This document shows positions 1 to 10,051 of a stretch of 64,000 nucleotides of DNA, in pieces. This DNA is from Polyangiaceae bacterium (GTDB taxonomy: Bacteria > Myxococcota_A > Polyangia > Polyangiales > Polyangiaceae): the NCBI GenBank assembly GCA_965222375.1, contig CBDCTZ010000016.1, positions 2,688,001-2,752,000 of the forward strand. The letters are read 5' to 3'. The position numbers and the translations under genes are program-made. The notes beneath the pieces were generated by a model. The model worked only from the letters and a program-made list of their open reading frames with translations, made no database searches and was not told the origin of the DNA. The number at the start of each line of letters is the position of its first letter. Position 1 is the stretch's first letter.

Positions 1-1463
1 CAAGGCGCCATAGCCGTGCCGCCTTGTGCCTGTTCGGGCTCCGCGGTCTGCGCGTTATGGAAGGCGAGCGTGGCCAACGCCATGGCGGCGGTGTTCAGTT
101 CGCCAACATCTGTCGCGCCCTTGAGCAGGCTGTCCTTGTTGTTGTCGATGAAGCCGGTGTCATAGCGGCCGGCGATGAATTCGGGGTGCCGCATGAGTCG
201 ATCGTGAAACGGCAGGTTTGTTGCGATCCCCCCGACCACGTACTCGGACAGCGCGCGACGCATGCGCTCCACCGCTCGCGGGCGATCCTGGGCCCACACA
301 CAGAGTTTGGAGATCAACGGGTCGTAATTGGCGCTGATGGTGACGCCTCCGTAGGCCCCGCTGTCATCCCGAACCCCGGGCCCGCTGGGCGTGCGCAAGG
401 TATGAATGAGACCTGGGCTGGGCAGGAAACCCGTGGCGGGGTCTTCGGCGTAGATGCGGCATTCGATGGCGGCTCCGCGGCGTTGTATCGCGGACTGCTC
501 GAAGCCCAGGGGCTGGCCGTCGGCGATTCGCACCATTTCACGCACCAGATCCAACCCCGTAATCAGCTCCGTAATGGGGTGTTCCACCTGCAGGCGCGTG
601 TTCATTTCCAGGAAGTAGAAGGACTGATCCTCTGCCATCAAGAACTCGAAAGTCCCTGCGGAGTAGTAGCCAACTGCTTGCGTGCCACGCACTGCCAACT
701 GACCCATTCTCTCCACTGTTGCCGGCTCGATCGCGGGGCAAGGCGTTTCTTCGACGACTTTCTGATGGCGTCTCTGAATGCTGCAGTCGCGCTCGAAAAG
801 GTGAACGGCATTCCCGTGTTGATCTGCCAGCACTTGGATCTCCACGTGCCGGGGTCGCACGATGGCTTTTTCCATGTAAACGGTGTCATCACCGAAGGCC
901 TTCTTGGCTTCGCTACGGGCACGCTCGAGAGCAGCGGAAAGGTCTGCTTCGTCGTGCACGAGGCGCATGCCTTTGCCGCCGCCACCGGCGGTGGCTTTGA
1001 GCATGATCGGGTAGCCGATACGAGAGGCTGTCGCTTTGGCCTCTTCGACGGTGTCCGCGCTGCCCCCGGGCACGACGGGTACGCCAGCGGCTGCCATCTT
1101 CTCTCGGGCGGCAGTCTTGAGGCCCATTTCCCTCATGGCGCTGGCCGGAGGCCCGATGAAGGTGATACCTGCTGAGGCGCAGGCGTCCGGGAGTTCGGGA
1201 TTCTCCGATAGGAAGCCGTAGCCTGGGTTCAGGGCGTCGCAGCCCGCGCGCTTGGCCACGTCCAAGAGTTTGTCGATTCGGAGATAGCTCTCGGCGGCGG
1301 CGGCCGGTCCAATTGGGTAGGCCTCATCCGCCACGCGGACGTGGAGGGCATCTCGGTCGACGTCGCTGTAGACGGCAACCACGCCGATTCCCATTTCTCG
1401 GCACGTGCGTGCGATGCGTACGGCTATTTCCCCCCGATTTGCGATCAGCACCTTCTGGAGCAT
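1..1463 (-). CDS. accC: Acetyl/propionyl-CoA carboxylase, biotin carboxylase subunit (3' end runs off the window)
   Basis: Not in the ORF track because it has no stop in the window. Manual translation from ATG at 1463 gives MLQKVLIANRGEIAVRIARTCREMGIGVVAVYSDVDRDALHVRVADEAYPIG...NPGYGFLSEN..., the hallmark N-terminus of biotin carboxylases. Confidence 0.92.
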   Translation of the reverse strand, partial: MLQKVLIANRGEIAVRIARTCREMGIGVVAVYSDVDRDALHVRVADEAYPIGPAAAAESYLRIDKLLDVAKRAGCDALNPGYGFLSENPELPDACASAGITFIGPPASAMREMGLKTAAREKMAAAGVPVVPGGSADTVEEAKATASRIGYPIMLKATAGGGGKGMRLVHDEADLSAALERARSEAKKAFGDDTVYMEKAIVRPRHVEIQVLADQHGNAVHLFERDCSIQRRHQKVVEETPCPAIEPATVERMGQLAVRGTQAVGYYSAGTFEFLMAEDQSFYFLEMNTRLQVEHPITELITGLDLVREMVRIADGQPLGFEQSAIQRRGAAIECRIYAEDPATGFLPSPGLIHTLRTPSGPGVRDDSGAYGGVTISANYDPLISKLCVWAQDRPRAVERMRRALSEYVVGGIATNLPFHDRLMRHPEFIAGRYDTGFIDNNKDSLLKGATDVGELNTAAMALATLAFHNAQTAEPEQAQGGTAMAP

Positions 1464-1496
1464 GGCGCCCGGCTCATACCCTAAAACTGAGTCCGT

Positions 1497-2423
1497 TCAC
1501 AGCGTCAGAGCTTCGAATAACGCAGTCGAAGCGTAGCGTTCACCGCCATCTGGGAGCACCACGACGACCCGCTTGCCCTGCCCGTCCTTTTCTGAGGCGA
1601 TCTGCAGGGTCGCCGCCAGCGCTGCGCCGCTCGAGATACCGGCTAGAATGCCTTCTGTGCGGGCGAGCCGCCGCGCCGCCGCCAGCGCAGACTTTTCGCT
1701 CACTACGACAATGCGATCGATCACCCCGCGATCCAAGACCTGGGGAACGAAGCCCGCGCCGATGCCCTGAAGGTGATGCCCGGTCGCGCTCTGGCCACTG
1801 AGCACCGCTGCCCCCTCGGGTTCGACGCCAACCACCTTTGCGCCCGGCGCACGGCACCTCAAGACGCGGCCCACCCCGGTCACCGTGCCTCCGGTGCCGA
1901 TACCGGCGACGAAGTAGTCTAGTTGGTCATCGGTATCAGCCAGGATTTCTTCGGCGGTGGTGCGCTCGTGAGCCAAGGGGTTTGCGGGGTTTTCGAATTG
2001 GCCCAGGAGCACCGACCCCGGCGTGCTTTGAGCGAGCAACTGAGCTTGCTCCACGGCGGGTTGCATGAGGGTGCCACGGGTCAGCACGACTTCCGCGCCA
2101 TAGCCCCGAAGCAACTGAACTCGTTCGCGACTCATTGCTTCTGGCATTGTGAGGATGAGCTTGTAGCCCCGGGCTGCGGCCATCATCGCAAGGGCAATGC
2201 CGGTGTTGCCGCTCGTGGGCTCGATCAGGGTCGCGCCGGCTTTGAGACGTCCGTCTTTCTCGGCGTCGTCGACCATTGCTCGGGCAATGCGGTCCTTGAC
2301 GCTGCCCGCGGGGTTTACGCCTTCCAGTTTTGCGAGGAGTGTTGCTCCCACCTCAGCTGAAAGCCGCGAAAGCGAGATCAGAGGCGTGCCGCCGATTACC
2401 TCGGCAATGCTCGAGAGCAACAT
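1497..2423 (-). CDS. cysK: Cysteine synthase A (O-acetylserine sulfhydrylase)
   Basis: PLP-Lys motif NPAGSVKDRIA, plus EPTSGNTG, GTGGT and QGIGAGF. Confidence 0.95.
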   Translation of the reverse strand: MLLSSIAEVIGGTPLISLSRLSAEVGATLLAKLEGVNPAGSVKDRIARAMVDDAEKDGRLKAGATLIEPTSGNTGIALAMMAAARGYKLILTMPEAMSRERVQLLRGYGAEVVLTRGTLMQPAVEQAQLLAQSTPGSVLLGQFENPANPLAHERTTAEEILADTDDQLDYFVAGIGTGGTVTGVGRVLRCRAPGAKVVGVEPEGAAVLSGQSATGHHLQGIGAGFVPQVLDRGVIDRIVVVSEKSALAAARRLARTEGILAGISSGAALAATLQIASEKDGQGKRVVVVLPDGGERYASTALFEALTL

Positions 2424-2433
2424 GCCAAGATCG

Positions 2434-3330
2434 TTACCAGAACTGCGTCGCGAAATCGTACACGATGGTGACCAGCGTCCCGAGGATCAGCCACGAGAGG
2501 CCCGTACGCAGTAGGCGTGGCGGGAGCTTCGCTGTTGCCAAGGCTCCTACCTGGGCGCTCAGGCTAGCGCCCACCGCCAACACCATGGCCAGCCCCAGGT
2601 GTACGTTGCCTTGGTAAGCATGAAACACGGTGCCCGATGCGCTCGTTACGAGCAGAACCACGATGCCCGTTCCGGCTGCCTGGCGCAGCGGGAAGCCAAA
2701 CCCAAATAGGAGTGCGGGCATCAGCGCAATGCCACCGCCCACTCCCAGCAGGCCGCTGAGGAACCCGAGGCCGAGGCCGACATAGGCCACGGCGATGGCG
2801 GACACGCGGCTCAGTGGAACGCGAGGGAAGTCGACGTAGGGAGGTAGCGGGATGCGCGCCAGGGGGCCTCGGCGAACGTAGCTGAGGGCTTCTACCCGCG
2901 TGCTGGCGCGCTTCACCAACGCGCCGCCGCTGCCCAAAAGAAAGACTGCGTAAGCGCCGTACAAAACCAGAACGACCCACGGCAGTGTCGTGCCCCAAAG
3001 TTCGACGTTGCCTGCTCCAGCCAGCACCTCGACTGTTTTCGCACCGGCGAAGGCGCCCACGATGCTCGGCAGCAGCATGAGCCAGTCGAAGCGCAGTTCA
3101 CCCTGGCCCAGGCGTTGATGCCGCAGCACGGATACGGTGGCAGTGCCCACCATTTGGCACAGCCCGCTTCCAACTGCGATGGGCAGTGGCACTCCGAGCA
3201 CGGTCGCCAGCAGTGGGGTCAACACGAAACCGCCTCCGACCCCGAACATGCCTGCGACTATTCCGACCAGGATGCCGAGCCCAGCGAGAGCGAGGATGCT
3301 CACGGGCTCTCCCGCAACGTCGAGGTACAT
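2434..3330 (-). CDS. TauE/SafE family (TSUP) sulfite/sulfur-compound transporter
   Basis: Duplicated G-x-x-G-V-G-G-G motifs (GMFGVGGGF, GLLGVGGGI) and multiple TM helices; likely start is ATG 3330 (MYLDVAGEP). Confidence 0.88.
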   Translation of the reverse strand: MYLDVAGEPVSILALAGLGILVGIVAGMFGVGGGFVLTPLLATVLGVPLPIAVGSGLCQMVGTATVSVLRHQRLGQGELRFDWLMLLPSIVGAFAGAKTVEVLAGAGNVELWGTTLPWVVLVLYGAYAVFLLGSGGALVKRASTRVEALSYVRRGPLARIPLPPYVDFPRVPLSRVSAIAVAYVGLGLGFLSGLLGVGGGIALMPALLFGFGFPLRQAAGTGIVVLLVTSASGTVFHAYQGNVHLGLAMVLAVGASLSAQVGALATAKLPPRLLRTGLSWLILGTLVTIVYDFATQFW

Positions 3331-3335
3331 GGCGC

Positions 3336-3485
3336 TCAGATCGAATAGTCGATGGGCGGAGGTCGGTTTTCGAGGCTCTTGCCTTGGCGTCGGCGCTGCC
3401 ACCAACCAAACGCGAAGTACATCAGAACGCCCCAGATCGCCGGAACGAGCACGCAGGCGGCGATGTACAGCCAGCCCTGGCTCAC
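3336..3485 (-). CDS. Small single-pass membrane protein, 49 aa (MSQGWLYIAACVLVPAIWGVLMYFAFGWWQRRRQGKSLENRPPPIDYSI)
   Basis: Manual translation from GTG 3485 to TGA 3336, ending 5 nt before the TauE start. Hydrophobic helix followed by RRR (positive-inside). Below the ORF-track size cutoff. Confidence 0.65.
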   Translation of the reverse strand: MSQGWLYIAACVLVPAIWGVLMYFAFGWWQRRRQGKSLENRPPPIDYSI

Positions 3486-3628
3486 CCGAGTTGTCCCTTC
3501 GGCCTCATTGCCACCACGAGTTCTAGCGTCTTTTTCGGCCGCTTGAACACGCTGTTTTGAGCGGGACGGGGATCGGCTGAAAGCTCTGGCGAGCCATGGC
3601 CGAAAGCTGCGCTATAAGCCGCGCGGGG

Positions 3629-4975
3629 ATGAGCACAGAAGAGGTCATTGGCGTTGCCGAACTCGATAGGCGTTTGCGCCGCGCGGTCGAGCGCGCCACG
3701 AACCAGACCTGGGTGGAAGGGGAAATTGGCTCGCTGCGCTTGGCGGCGAGTGGTCATGCCTATTTCGTTCTGAAAGACGAGCAAGAGGACGCGGTCATCG
3801 ACTGCGTCCTGTATCGAATGGACGCTGGTCGAGCGCGCAAGCACCTGACCGATGGTGCGCGCGTGCAGATCGCGGGTCGCGCAACAGTTTGGGCGCCTCG
3901 TGGCCGGCTGCAATGGGTCGGTTCCCGGGTGCGCCCGGCAGGGCGTGGTGCGCTTCTCGAAGCCCTCGAACGTCTCAAAGAGCGGTTGAAGCTGGAAGGG
4001 CTCTTTGACGAGGAACGCAAGCGCACTCTGCCGTCTCAGCCCCGAGCCGTGGGTGTGGTGACCAGTTCGTCGGGAGCTGCCTTTCACGACATTCGAAGTG
4101 TTGCTTTCCGACGCGGAGGCGCTCACCTCATTCTGTCGCCGGCGCAGGTACAGGGAGACGGTGCGGTCAGAAGCTTGCTGGAAGCCCTCGACCTGATCGA
4201 GCACCACCCCGGCGTCGACGTCGTGATCGTGGGTCGTGGGGGTGGTTCCTTCGAGGACCTGATGGCCTTCAATGACGAGCGCCTGGTGCGGCGGTTGGCC
4301 CAGTTCCGATTGCCCGTGGTGAGTGCGGTCGGCCACGAAATCGACTCTACACTTTCGGATCTGGTTGCGGATGCGCGCGCCGCTACGCCGTCTCAGGCAG
4401 CCGAGTTGGTCATCCCGGATGGGTTGGCGCAACAGAAGTTGCTTTCGAAAACAACTCGGCAGCTTGCGCGCGCGGTGTCTGCGTCGATCTCAAGCCAGCG
4501 CGCGAATGTCGTGCGTCGGGAACGGCGCCTCGCCGACCCCCGCTTCTTGATCGCGCAGCGCCAGCAGAGCTTGGACGAGCGAAGCCACGCGCTGGAAATC
4601 GCCGAGGTACGTAGCCTGCGCCGGCGTCGCGGCGCGGTGGAGGCCCTAGGTGGGCGTCTGGCTGCGCGGCATCCGCGTGCCGTCTTGGCCGAGGGCAGGG
4701 GGCGACTGGCCCCACTGTCGGAGCGGCTATCGTCCGTGACGCGACTCAAGCTAGAACAACTGCGCACTGGATTGGCCAGTAGCGTCGCGCAGCTTCATGG
4801 GATGAGCCCGCTGTCGGTGCTGAGCCGGGGCTACGCTATCGCCACGGATGAGCGGCAGCGTGCTGTTCGGGACGCCTCCCCGCTGGAGGTCGGCCAGACG
4901 GTGAGCGTTCGAGTGCATCGGGGCGACTTTGACGCTCGGGTCACGCGGGTGAGGAAACCACGAGGTCACGAATGA
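3629..4975 (+). CDS. xseA: Exodeoxyribonuclease VII large subunit
   Basis: WVEGEI, SGHAYFVLKD, RGGGSFEDL and SAVGHEID...ATPSQAAE motifs; start at 3596 or 3629. Confidence 0.95.
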   Translation: MSTEEVIGVAELDRRLRRAVERATNQTWVEGEIGSLRLAASGHAYFVLKDEQEDAVIDCVLYRMDAGRARKHLTDGARVQIAGRATVWAPRGRLQWVGSRVRPAGRGALLEALERLKERLKLEGLFDEERKRTLPSQPRAVGVVTSSSGAAFHDIRSVAFRRGGAHLILSPAQVQGDGAVRSLLEALDLIEHHPGVDVVIVGRGGGSFEDLMAFNDERLVRRLAQFRLPVVSAVGHEIDSTLSDLVADARAATPSQAAELVIPDGLAQQKLLSKTTRQLARAVSASISSQRANVVRRERRLADPRFLIAQRQQSLDERSHALEIAEVRSLRRRRGAVEALGGRLAARHPRAVLAEGRGRLAPLSERLSSVTRLKLEQLRTGLASSVAQLHGMSPLSVLSRGYAIATDERQRAVRDASPLEVGQTVSVRVHRGDFDARVTRVRKPRGHE

Positions 4976-5808
4976 AGCCCCTCGTATTCGCCCTCGTGGG
5001 TCACCCCGTGGCACACTCGCTTTCTCCTCGCCTGCACGGCGCCGCGTTTGCGGCGTTGGGGTTGCCGCACAGCTATGAGCTTCGGAACTGCCCCGATCTG
5101 GCGGCGTTGTCTGCTGCGGTCGGTGCGATGAGGCGTGGCGACTTGCACGGCCTCAACGTCACCATCCCGTACAAATCGACGGTTCTGGGGCTCGTCGATT
5201 CGGTCCACAGCAGTGCCGAGCAGGTTGGCGCCGCCAACGTCCTCGTGAAGCGAGGAAGCAGCGTAATCGCATACAACACCGACGCCTTGGCTCTTGCTGA
5301 GCGATTTCGCTTCCACGCGCTGGAGCCGGGAGCGGCATTGGTTCTCGGTGCGGGTGGCGCTGCACGAGCTGCTGCCACGTCCCTGTCCGACGTGGGCATG
5401 AAACCGATCTTCGTGGCTGCTCGTGGCTTCCGAAGTCAGGCGGCGCGCGAGGAGTTTGGGCTTGGCTGTGCGTCACCTCTGGCGCCGGAGAACCTGGCAG
5501 CGGCCCTTGCCGGCACGGCGCTCCGGGTTGTCGTTCAGGCGACCAGCGCCGGCATGGTCGGGAAAGACCCTGCCGGGGAGGTGATCTCCTGGGTGCCCTG
5601 GGACCAGCTGCCTACCGGTGCCTTGGCGCTGGATGTTGTCTATGTCCCTGAAATGACTGACTTCATGACGGAAGCCGCCCGTCACGGCTTTCGCATCGAA
5701 GGCGGCACACCGATGTTGGTGGCCCAGGCCGCCCATGCTCTGGGCCTGTGGCTTCAGGTGGAGCCTCCCCGGGAGGATATGCTGCGCGCCTTGAGTGAGG
5801 ATCCATGA
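4972..5808 (+). CDS. aroE: Shikimate dehydrogenase
   Basis: GHPVAHSLSP, GLNVTIPYK, NTD and GAGGAARA motifs. Confidence 0.92.
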   Translation: MKPLVFALVGHPVAHSLSPRLHGAAFAALGLPHSYELRNCPDLAALSAAVGAMRRGDLHGLNVTIPYKSTVLGLVDSVHSSAEQVGAANVLVKRGSSVIAYNTDALALAERFRFHALEPGAALVLGAGGAARAAATSLSDVGMKPIFVAARGFRSQAAREEFGLGCASPLAPENLAAALAGTALRVVVQATSAGMVGKDPAGEVISWVPWDQLPTGALALDVVYVPEMTDFMTEAARHGFRIEGGTPMLVAQAAHALGLWLQVEPPREDMLRALSEDP

Positions 5809-7805
5809 ATCGGGCAGGGGCATCAGGCTTGCCTTGGGTCGGAGTGGAGACCAACGGTGAACTCGAGCGTGCCGAACGCGAGTGGATTCATTCCAACGGC
5901 GCCGGCGCCTATTCCATGAGCACGGTTGCGCTCATGCATACCCGCCGGGAGCACGGGCTTTTGGTTGCCAGCCTCGACCCGCCGGACCAGCGTATCGTCG
6001 TACTGAGCCACGCGGAGACGACCGTCACTGTGGGTAGCCGGAGGCATCGCCTGTCTACCCATCGGTTCCCGGGAGTTGCGCCGACGCCCGGTTTCCGATC
6101 GTTGATTCGATACGATCAAGATCCGATCCCTCGTTGGACCTACCGCCTCGGCAAACACGTGCTCGAGAGGCGGCTGTGCTTGGTTCCTGGGAAGAACGTG
6201 CTCGTGTTGCGCTACGACTGGTACGGCAAGGCTCCGGCTCGACTCAGCTTGATGCCCCTCCTGTCCATGCGACCGATCGGCGACTTGATGCGGGAACACG
6301 GGGCGATGGTTCAGCGCGTCACCCTGCGTTCGGGTGAGGTCGAAGTGCAGCCAGTGCGGAGCTTGCCCCCTGTGCTCTTTCGTCACAGCGGTATCTTCAT
6401 GGGGTCGCCGGATTGGTGGCGACGATTCGAATACAGCGAAGACCGTGCCCAACGCCGTGGTTGCGAGGAAGACCTGTGGACCCCGGGCACTTTCGAGCTC
6501 GAGGTAGCTCCTGGGCAACCCTGCTATTTGGCGACTGCGTTCGGGGATATGCCCGCACCCAAGCCACCGGAACTGATGCAAGAGACCATTGACGGTCTGC
6601 TGTCACAGGACCCCGGTCCGGATTTCGCGCCTTCCGCCCGCAGCGTCTTTCTCGGTGCTCAGGATTTCGCCGCACAGTCCGAGCACGGTGAGACTTTCCT
6701 AGTTGCCGGGTACCCGGATCTGGGCGCTACCGCCCGGGACCACTTGGTGGCGCTGCCGGCTTTCACCCTATTCGACGGATCCCTTGATGTCGCACAGCGC
6801 ATGCTCGAGACGAGTTGCCGACGGCTTCGCGCTGGGCTGCTGCCCCAGAACTTCAAGAACACGGACCGCACGCACCCTTGTCCTGACGCCACCCTGTGGT
6901 TGTTCGAGGCCGGGCGTCATTTCGTGGAACGGGTTGGTCCGGAGCACTCCTTTGCCCGAGGACAGCTGTTTAGCGCGCTGGTGCGCGTGTACCTCCGCAT
7001 GCGGCGCGTCAGCTCGGACTGGGTTTGGACTACGCCCGAGGGCATGCTGGTCACGGCTTCCCGGGATGGCTTTCCAATGACCTGGATGGACGCGTTCCAT
7101 GCCGGCCAGGCCGTGACACCACGCAATGGAATCGCCGTAGAGCATCAGGCCCTATGGGTTCGAGGTTGTGCGTTTCTCGGCGAATTGGCCGGCGCCTTGG
7201 GGCACGTAACCCTAGCTGAAGCAGCGTCGGAATCGAGTCAGCGTGGGCGACAGGCGTTTTCGGATCGATTCTGGTGCAACGAAACGGAGTACCCCTTTGA
7301 CTGCATCAGTCCCGAAGGAGATACGGCGCAAGCGTGGGCGGATCCCACGATTCGTCCGAATGCGCTCATAGCCCTTGCCGTTGCCCCGGAGTGCTTCGAG
7401 TCCTGGCAGGCAAGCAATATCCTGGAACGCGTCGAGCGGGAGCTGCTCACCCAGCAAGGTGTGCGCACTCTCACCCCGAACGACGAGCGCTATCAAGGCG
7501 TCTGTGAAGGGGCAGTCGAAGAGCGTGCCAACGCCCTTCACCAGGGCACGGCGTGGAGTCACCTGGTGGGGACCTATGTGCGTACCGCGGCGCGGGAAGA
7601 AGCGGCGGAAGAAGCGTCCCTATGGGCCCTGTTGCAACAGGTCCTCGCGTCGAGTCAGGTCCTGGGTCACGTGGGCCAGATGGCCGACGGGGAGACGCCA
7701 CATCGCGCGAGGGGATGTCCGGCCCAGGGCTGGGCGCAGTCCGAGGTACTCAGAGCCTTGATGCGGCTCGAGCAGTCTCGGAGTAGCTATGGTGACGGAG
7801 GGTAG
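5805..7805 (+). CDS. Glycogen debranching enzyme family protein (amylo-alpha-1,6-glucosidase-like, GDE N- and C-terminal domains)
   Basis: EWIHSNGAGAY...TRREHGLL N-terminus, AGYP, DATLW, TWMDA, RPNALIA and HQGTAW motifs; somewhat divergent. Confidence 0.85.
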   Translation: MNRAGASGLPWVGVETNGELERAEREWIHSNGAGAYSMSTVALMHTRREHGLLVASLDPPDQRIVVLSHAETTVTVGSRRHRLSTHRFPGVAPTPGFRSLIRYDQDPIPRWTYRLGKHVLERRLCLVPGKNVLVLRYDWYGKAPARLSLMPLLSMRPIGDLMREHGAMVQRVTLRSGEVEVQPVRSLPPVLFRHSGIFMGSPDWWRRFEYSEDRAQRRGCEEDLWTPGTFELEVAPGQPCYLATAFGDMPAPKPPELMQETIDGLLSQDPGPDFAPSARSVFLGAQDFAAQSEHGETFLVAGYPDLGATARDHLVALPAFTLFDGSLDVAQRMLETSCRRLRAGLLPQNFKNTDRTHPCPDATLWLFEAGRHFVERVGPEHSFARGQLFSALVRVYLRMRRVSSDWVWTTPEGMLVTASRDGFPMTWMDAFHAGQAVTPRNGIAVEHQALWVRGCAFLGELAGALGHVTLAEAASESSQRGRQAFSDRFWCNETEYPFDCISPEGDTAQAWADPTIRPNALIALAVAPECFESWQASNILERVERELLTQQGVRTLTPNDERYQGVCEGAVEERANALHQGTAWSHLVGTYVRTAAREEAAEEASLWALLQQVLASSQVLGHVGQMADGETPHRARGCPAQGWAQSEVLRALMRLEQSRSSYGDGG

Positions 7806-7808
7806 TGC

Positions 7809-8738
7809 GTGAAGCCCCGCGATCTTTCCATGCTGGGCTATCGGCGCATTGTCATACTCCTCGTCGCGCTAGTGGTCGTTCCCAGCTTCCTGTTGCTCAC
7901 CCTTGGCGCGGTGCTGCTCTTTCTCGGCGAAGCTCAGTTCAATCTGTTGATGGGGATCTTGGTGATCTCGCTAAGCGGCGCTGCCGCGACGGGGGTGATC
8001 TTGGTATGGGTGTTCGTGCGTAGGGAAGCCAACCTTTCCGCGCTGCAGAGCGACTTCGTGTCGAAGGTTTCTCACGAACTGCGCACACCCCTGACGTCCA
8101 TTCGCCTGTTCACCGAGACTTTGGAGCTGCGACGAGGGGACAAGGAGGCCGAAGAGAAGTGCATTGAGGGGCTCGCCAAGGAGAGCGTCCGCCTTCAGGA
8201 ACTCATCGATCGCCTCTTGGATTGGGGTCGCATGGAAAGTGGTCGCCGCGAGTTCCTGCTCACGCCCACGGACGCTGGCGAGGCTGTCCGTGAGGCCGTC
8301 GCCGTGTTCTCTCCCGTTGGCGAGCGCCGCGGCGCGGAGGTGCAGTGCAAGCTGCCCGACGATCCGGTCACCATCCAGGCCGATCGGGCAGCTCTGGTGG
8401 ACGCCATCTTCAACCTGCTCACGAATGCTTTCAAATACGGGGGCGACCCGCCCAAAATCACAGTGAGCGTAGATACGTCGCCAGAGGAGGTGCGCATTGC
8501 GGTAGCCGACAATGGCGCTGGAATTCCACCTGGGGAGCACAAGAACATCTTCCAGAAGTTCTACCGCCTGGATGACCGTCTGGCGCGGGAGCGCGAGGGC
8601 TCCGGTTTGGGTCTGGCCATCGTCAAACACGTCATGCGGGCTCACAAGGGGCGCGTGGAACTGGACAGTGCACCGGGAGAGGGGAGTACATTCACGGTGG
8701 TGCTGCCCGTGGGCCGGGAAAAGGACGGCGATTCATGA
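7809..8738 (+). CDS. Membrane sensor histidine kinase (PhoR-like, two TM helices, almost no periplasmic domain)
   Basis: H-box SHELRTPL, N-box NLLTNAFKY, G boxes DNGAGI and GSGLGL. Confidence 0.93.
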   Translation: MKPRDLSMLGYRRIVILLVALVVVPSFLLLTLGAVLLFLGEAQFNLLMGILVISLSGAAATGVILVWVFVRREANLSALQSDFVSKVSHELRTPLTSIRLFTETLELRRGDKEAEEKCIEGLAKESVRLQELIDRLLDWGRMESGRREFLLTPTDAGEAVREAVAVFSPVGERRGAEVQCKLPDDPVTIQADRAALVDAIFNLLTNAFKYGGDPPKITVSVDTSPEEVRIAVADNGAGIPPGEHKNIFQKFYRLDDRLAREREGSGLGLAIVKHVMRAHKGRVELDSAPGEGSTFTVVLPVGREKDGDS

Positions 8739-9430
8739 CCGAGGACCGCAAGAGGATCTTATTGGTCGAGGACGACGAGAGCATCACTCTGGGCCTGAGC
8801 ATGAATCTCGAGGCCGAGGGGTACGAAGTGGTGATCGCCGCGGATGGCGAGTTGGCCTTGGCATCCATCGCGGAAAACGGTTTTTCCCTCGTGGTGCTGG
8901 ACGTCATGCTGCCGAAAGTAAACGGCTTCGAGGTCGTGCGGCGGCTCCGTAGTCAGGGCAATCGCGTGCCGGTTGTGATGCTCAGCGCCCGTGGAGCAGA
9001 AATCGACAAGGTCATGGGCTTGGAACTTGGCGCCGAGGACTACATCACCAAGCCTTTCAGCTTGGCGGAGTTTCTGGCCCGTGTGAAAGCGGTCCTCCGG
9101 CGGGACGCGATCGCTCGTCCCCAACAAGATCGCGCGCTAGAAGTCGGAGCAATACGAATCGACCTGGACAGGCGTGAGGTGAGGCGGCAGGGCGCCGTTG
9201 TCGAACTGACCGCCACGGAATTCGACCTACTGCTTTGTTTGGCCGAGGCGTCCGGTCGGGTGCTCAGCCGGGATGAGATCTTGGGCAAGGTGTGGGGACC
9301 AGGGCACCATGGCACGCTGCGCACCATCGATAATTTCGTGCTGCAGCTCCGTAGCAAGCTGGAAGAGGACCCAGCGGCGCCGCGCCACATCCTGACTGTT
9401 CGGGGCGTTGGCTACCGTTTTCAACCCTGA
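8735..9430 (+). CDS. OmpR/PhoB family DNA-binding response regulator
   Basis: REC domain (VEDD, LDVMLP, KPF) followed by a wHTH ending TVRGVGYRF; overlaps the kinase by 4 nt. Confidence 0.95.
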   Translation: MTEDRKRILLVEDDESITLGLSMNLEAEGYEVVIAADGELALASIAENGFSLVVLDVMLPKVNGFEVVRRLRSQGNRVPVVMLSARGAEIDKVMGLELGAEDYITKPFSLAEFLARVKAVLRRDAIARPQQDRALEVGAIRIDLDRREVRRQGAVVELTATEFDLLLCLAEASGRVLSRDEILGKVWGPGHHGTLRTIDNFVLQLRSKLEEDPAAPRHILTVRGVGYRFQP

Positions 9431-9499
9431 GTCTTGGCATGCAGGCGGCGATCTCCTGGTCGCTTAACGCCCGGGGTGATCTGAGTTAAGGCACCCGTC

Positions 9500-9967
9500 G
9501 TGGATCAAAACCTTCTGCGTTCGTACTTCGCGACGGTCTACGAGCTGCCGGTGGAGACCGGCTTGCTGCGGGTCTCCATGGATGGCGAGATCGTCAAGGA
9601 TGTCGCTAGTCTCCCCGAGCTGCTTCAAAAGGACTTCGCGGTATTGACCGCCTACAACCCAAGATCCATGCTGCTCCCCCGGCGGGTCAACGAGGGCCGC
9701 CACCAGGTGATGCGGGACTTGTTGATCCTGGGTTGCTACCGCGTCGAGCACTGTGTTGGCTACGACGAGGAGCCCGAGGGGGTCTGGCGGGAACCGGCGT
9801 GGCTCGTGCACGGGATCGAGCGGGACGAAGCCATCTACTTCGGTCGCACGTTTCGCCAGAACACCATCATCTACTGCCGCCAGGCGCGCCCGGAACTGAT
9901 CGTCACGGACCCCACCTGTGACGAGATCGGCAAGACTTATTCGGGAAATTGGCGCGTCCGCCAATAA
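9500..9967 (+). CDS. DUF3293-like conserved hypothetical protein
   Basis: LTAYNPRS...N, W-x-EP and G-x-x-F-x-QN motifs typical of DUF3293. Confidence 0.7.
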   Translation: MDQNLLRSYFATVYELPVETGLLRVSMDGEIVKDVASLPELLQKDFAVLTAYNPRSMLLPRRVNEGRHQVMRDLLILGCYRVEHCVGYDEEPEGVWREPAWLVHGIERDEAIYFGRTFRQNTIIYCRQARPELIVTDPTCDEIGKTYSGNWRVRQ

Positions 9968-10051
9968 AAAGCGGGCCCAGTCGCATTTTGGCGTCTGAGC
10001 ATGTTCGATTCGGATTGCGATTTGGCCCAACCGGGGCCATGAACTCCCGCA

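Noticed and set aside
24..1175. 383-aa + strand ORF
   Set aside because: Antisense shadow of the biotin carboxylase gene on the - strand; long shadow ORFs are common in GC-rich DNA.
3629..4975. xseA without an adjacent xseB
   Set aside because: The two genes are unlinked in many bacteria, including E. coli.
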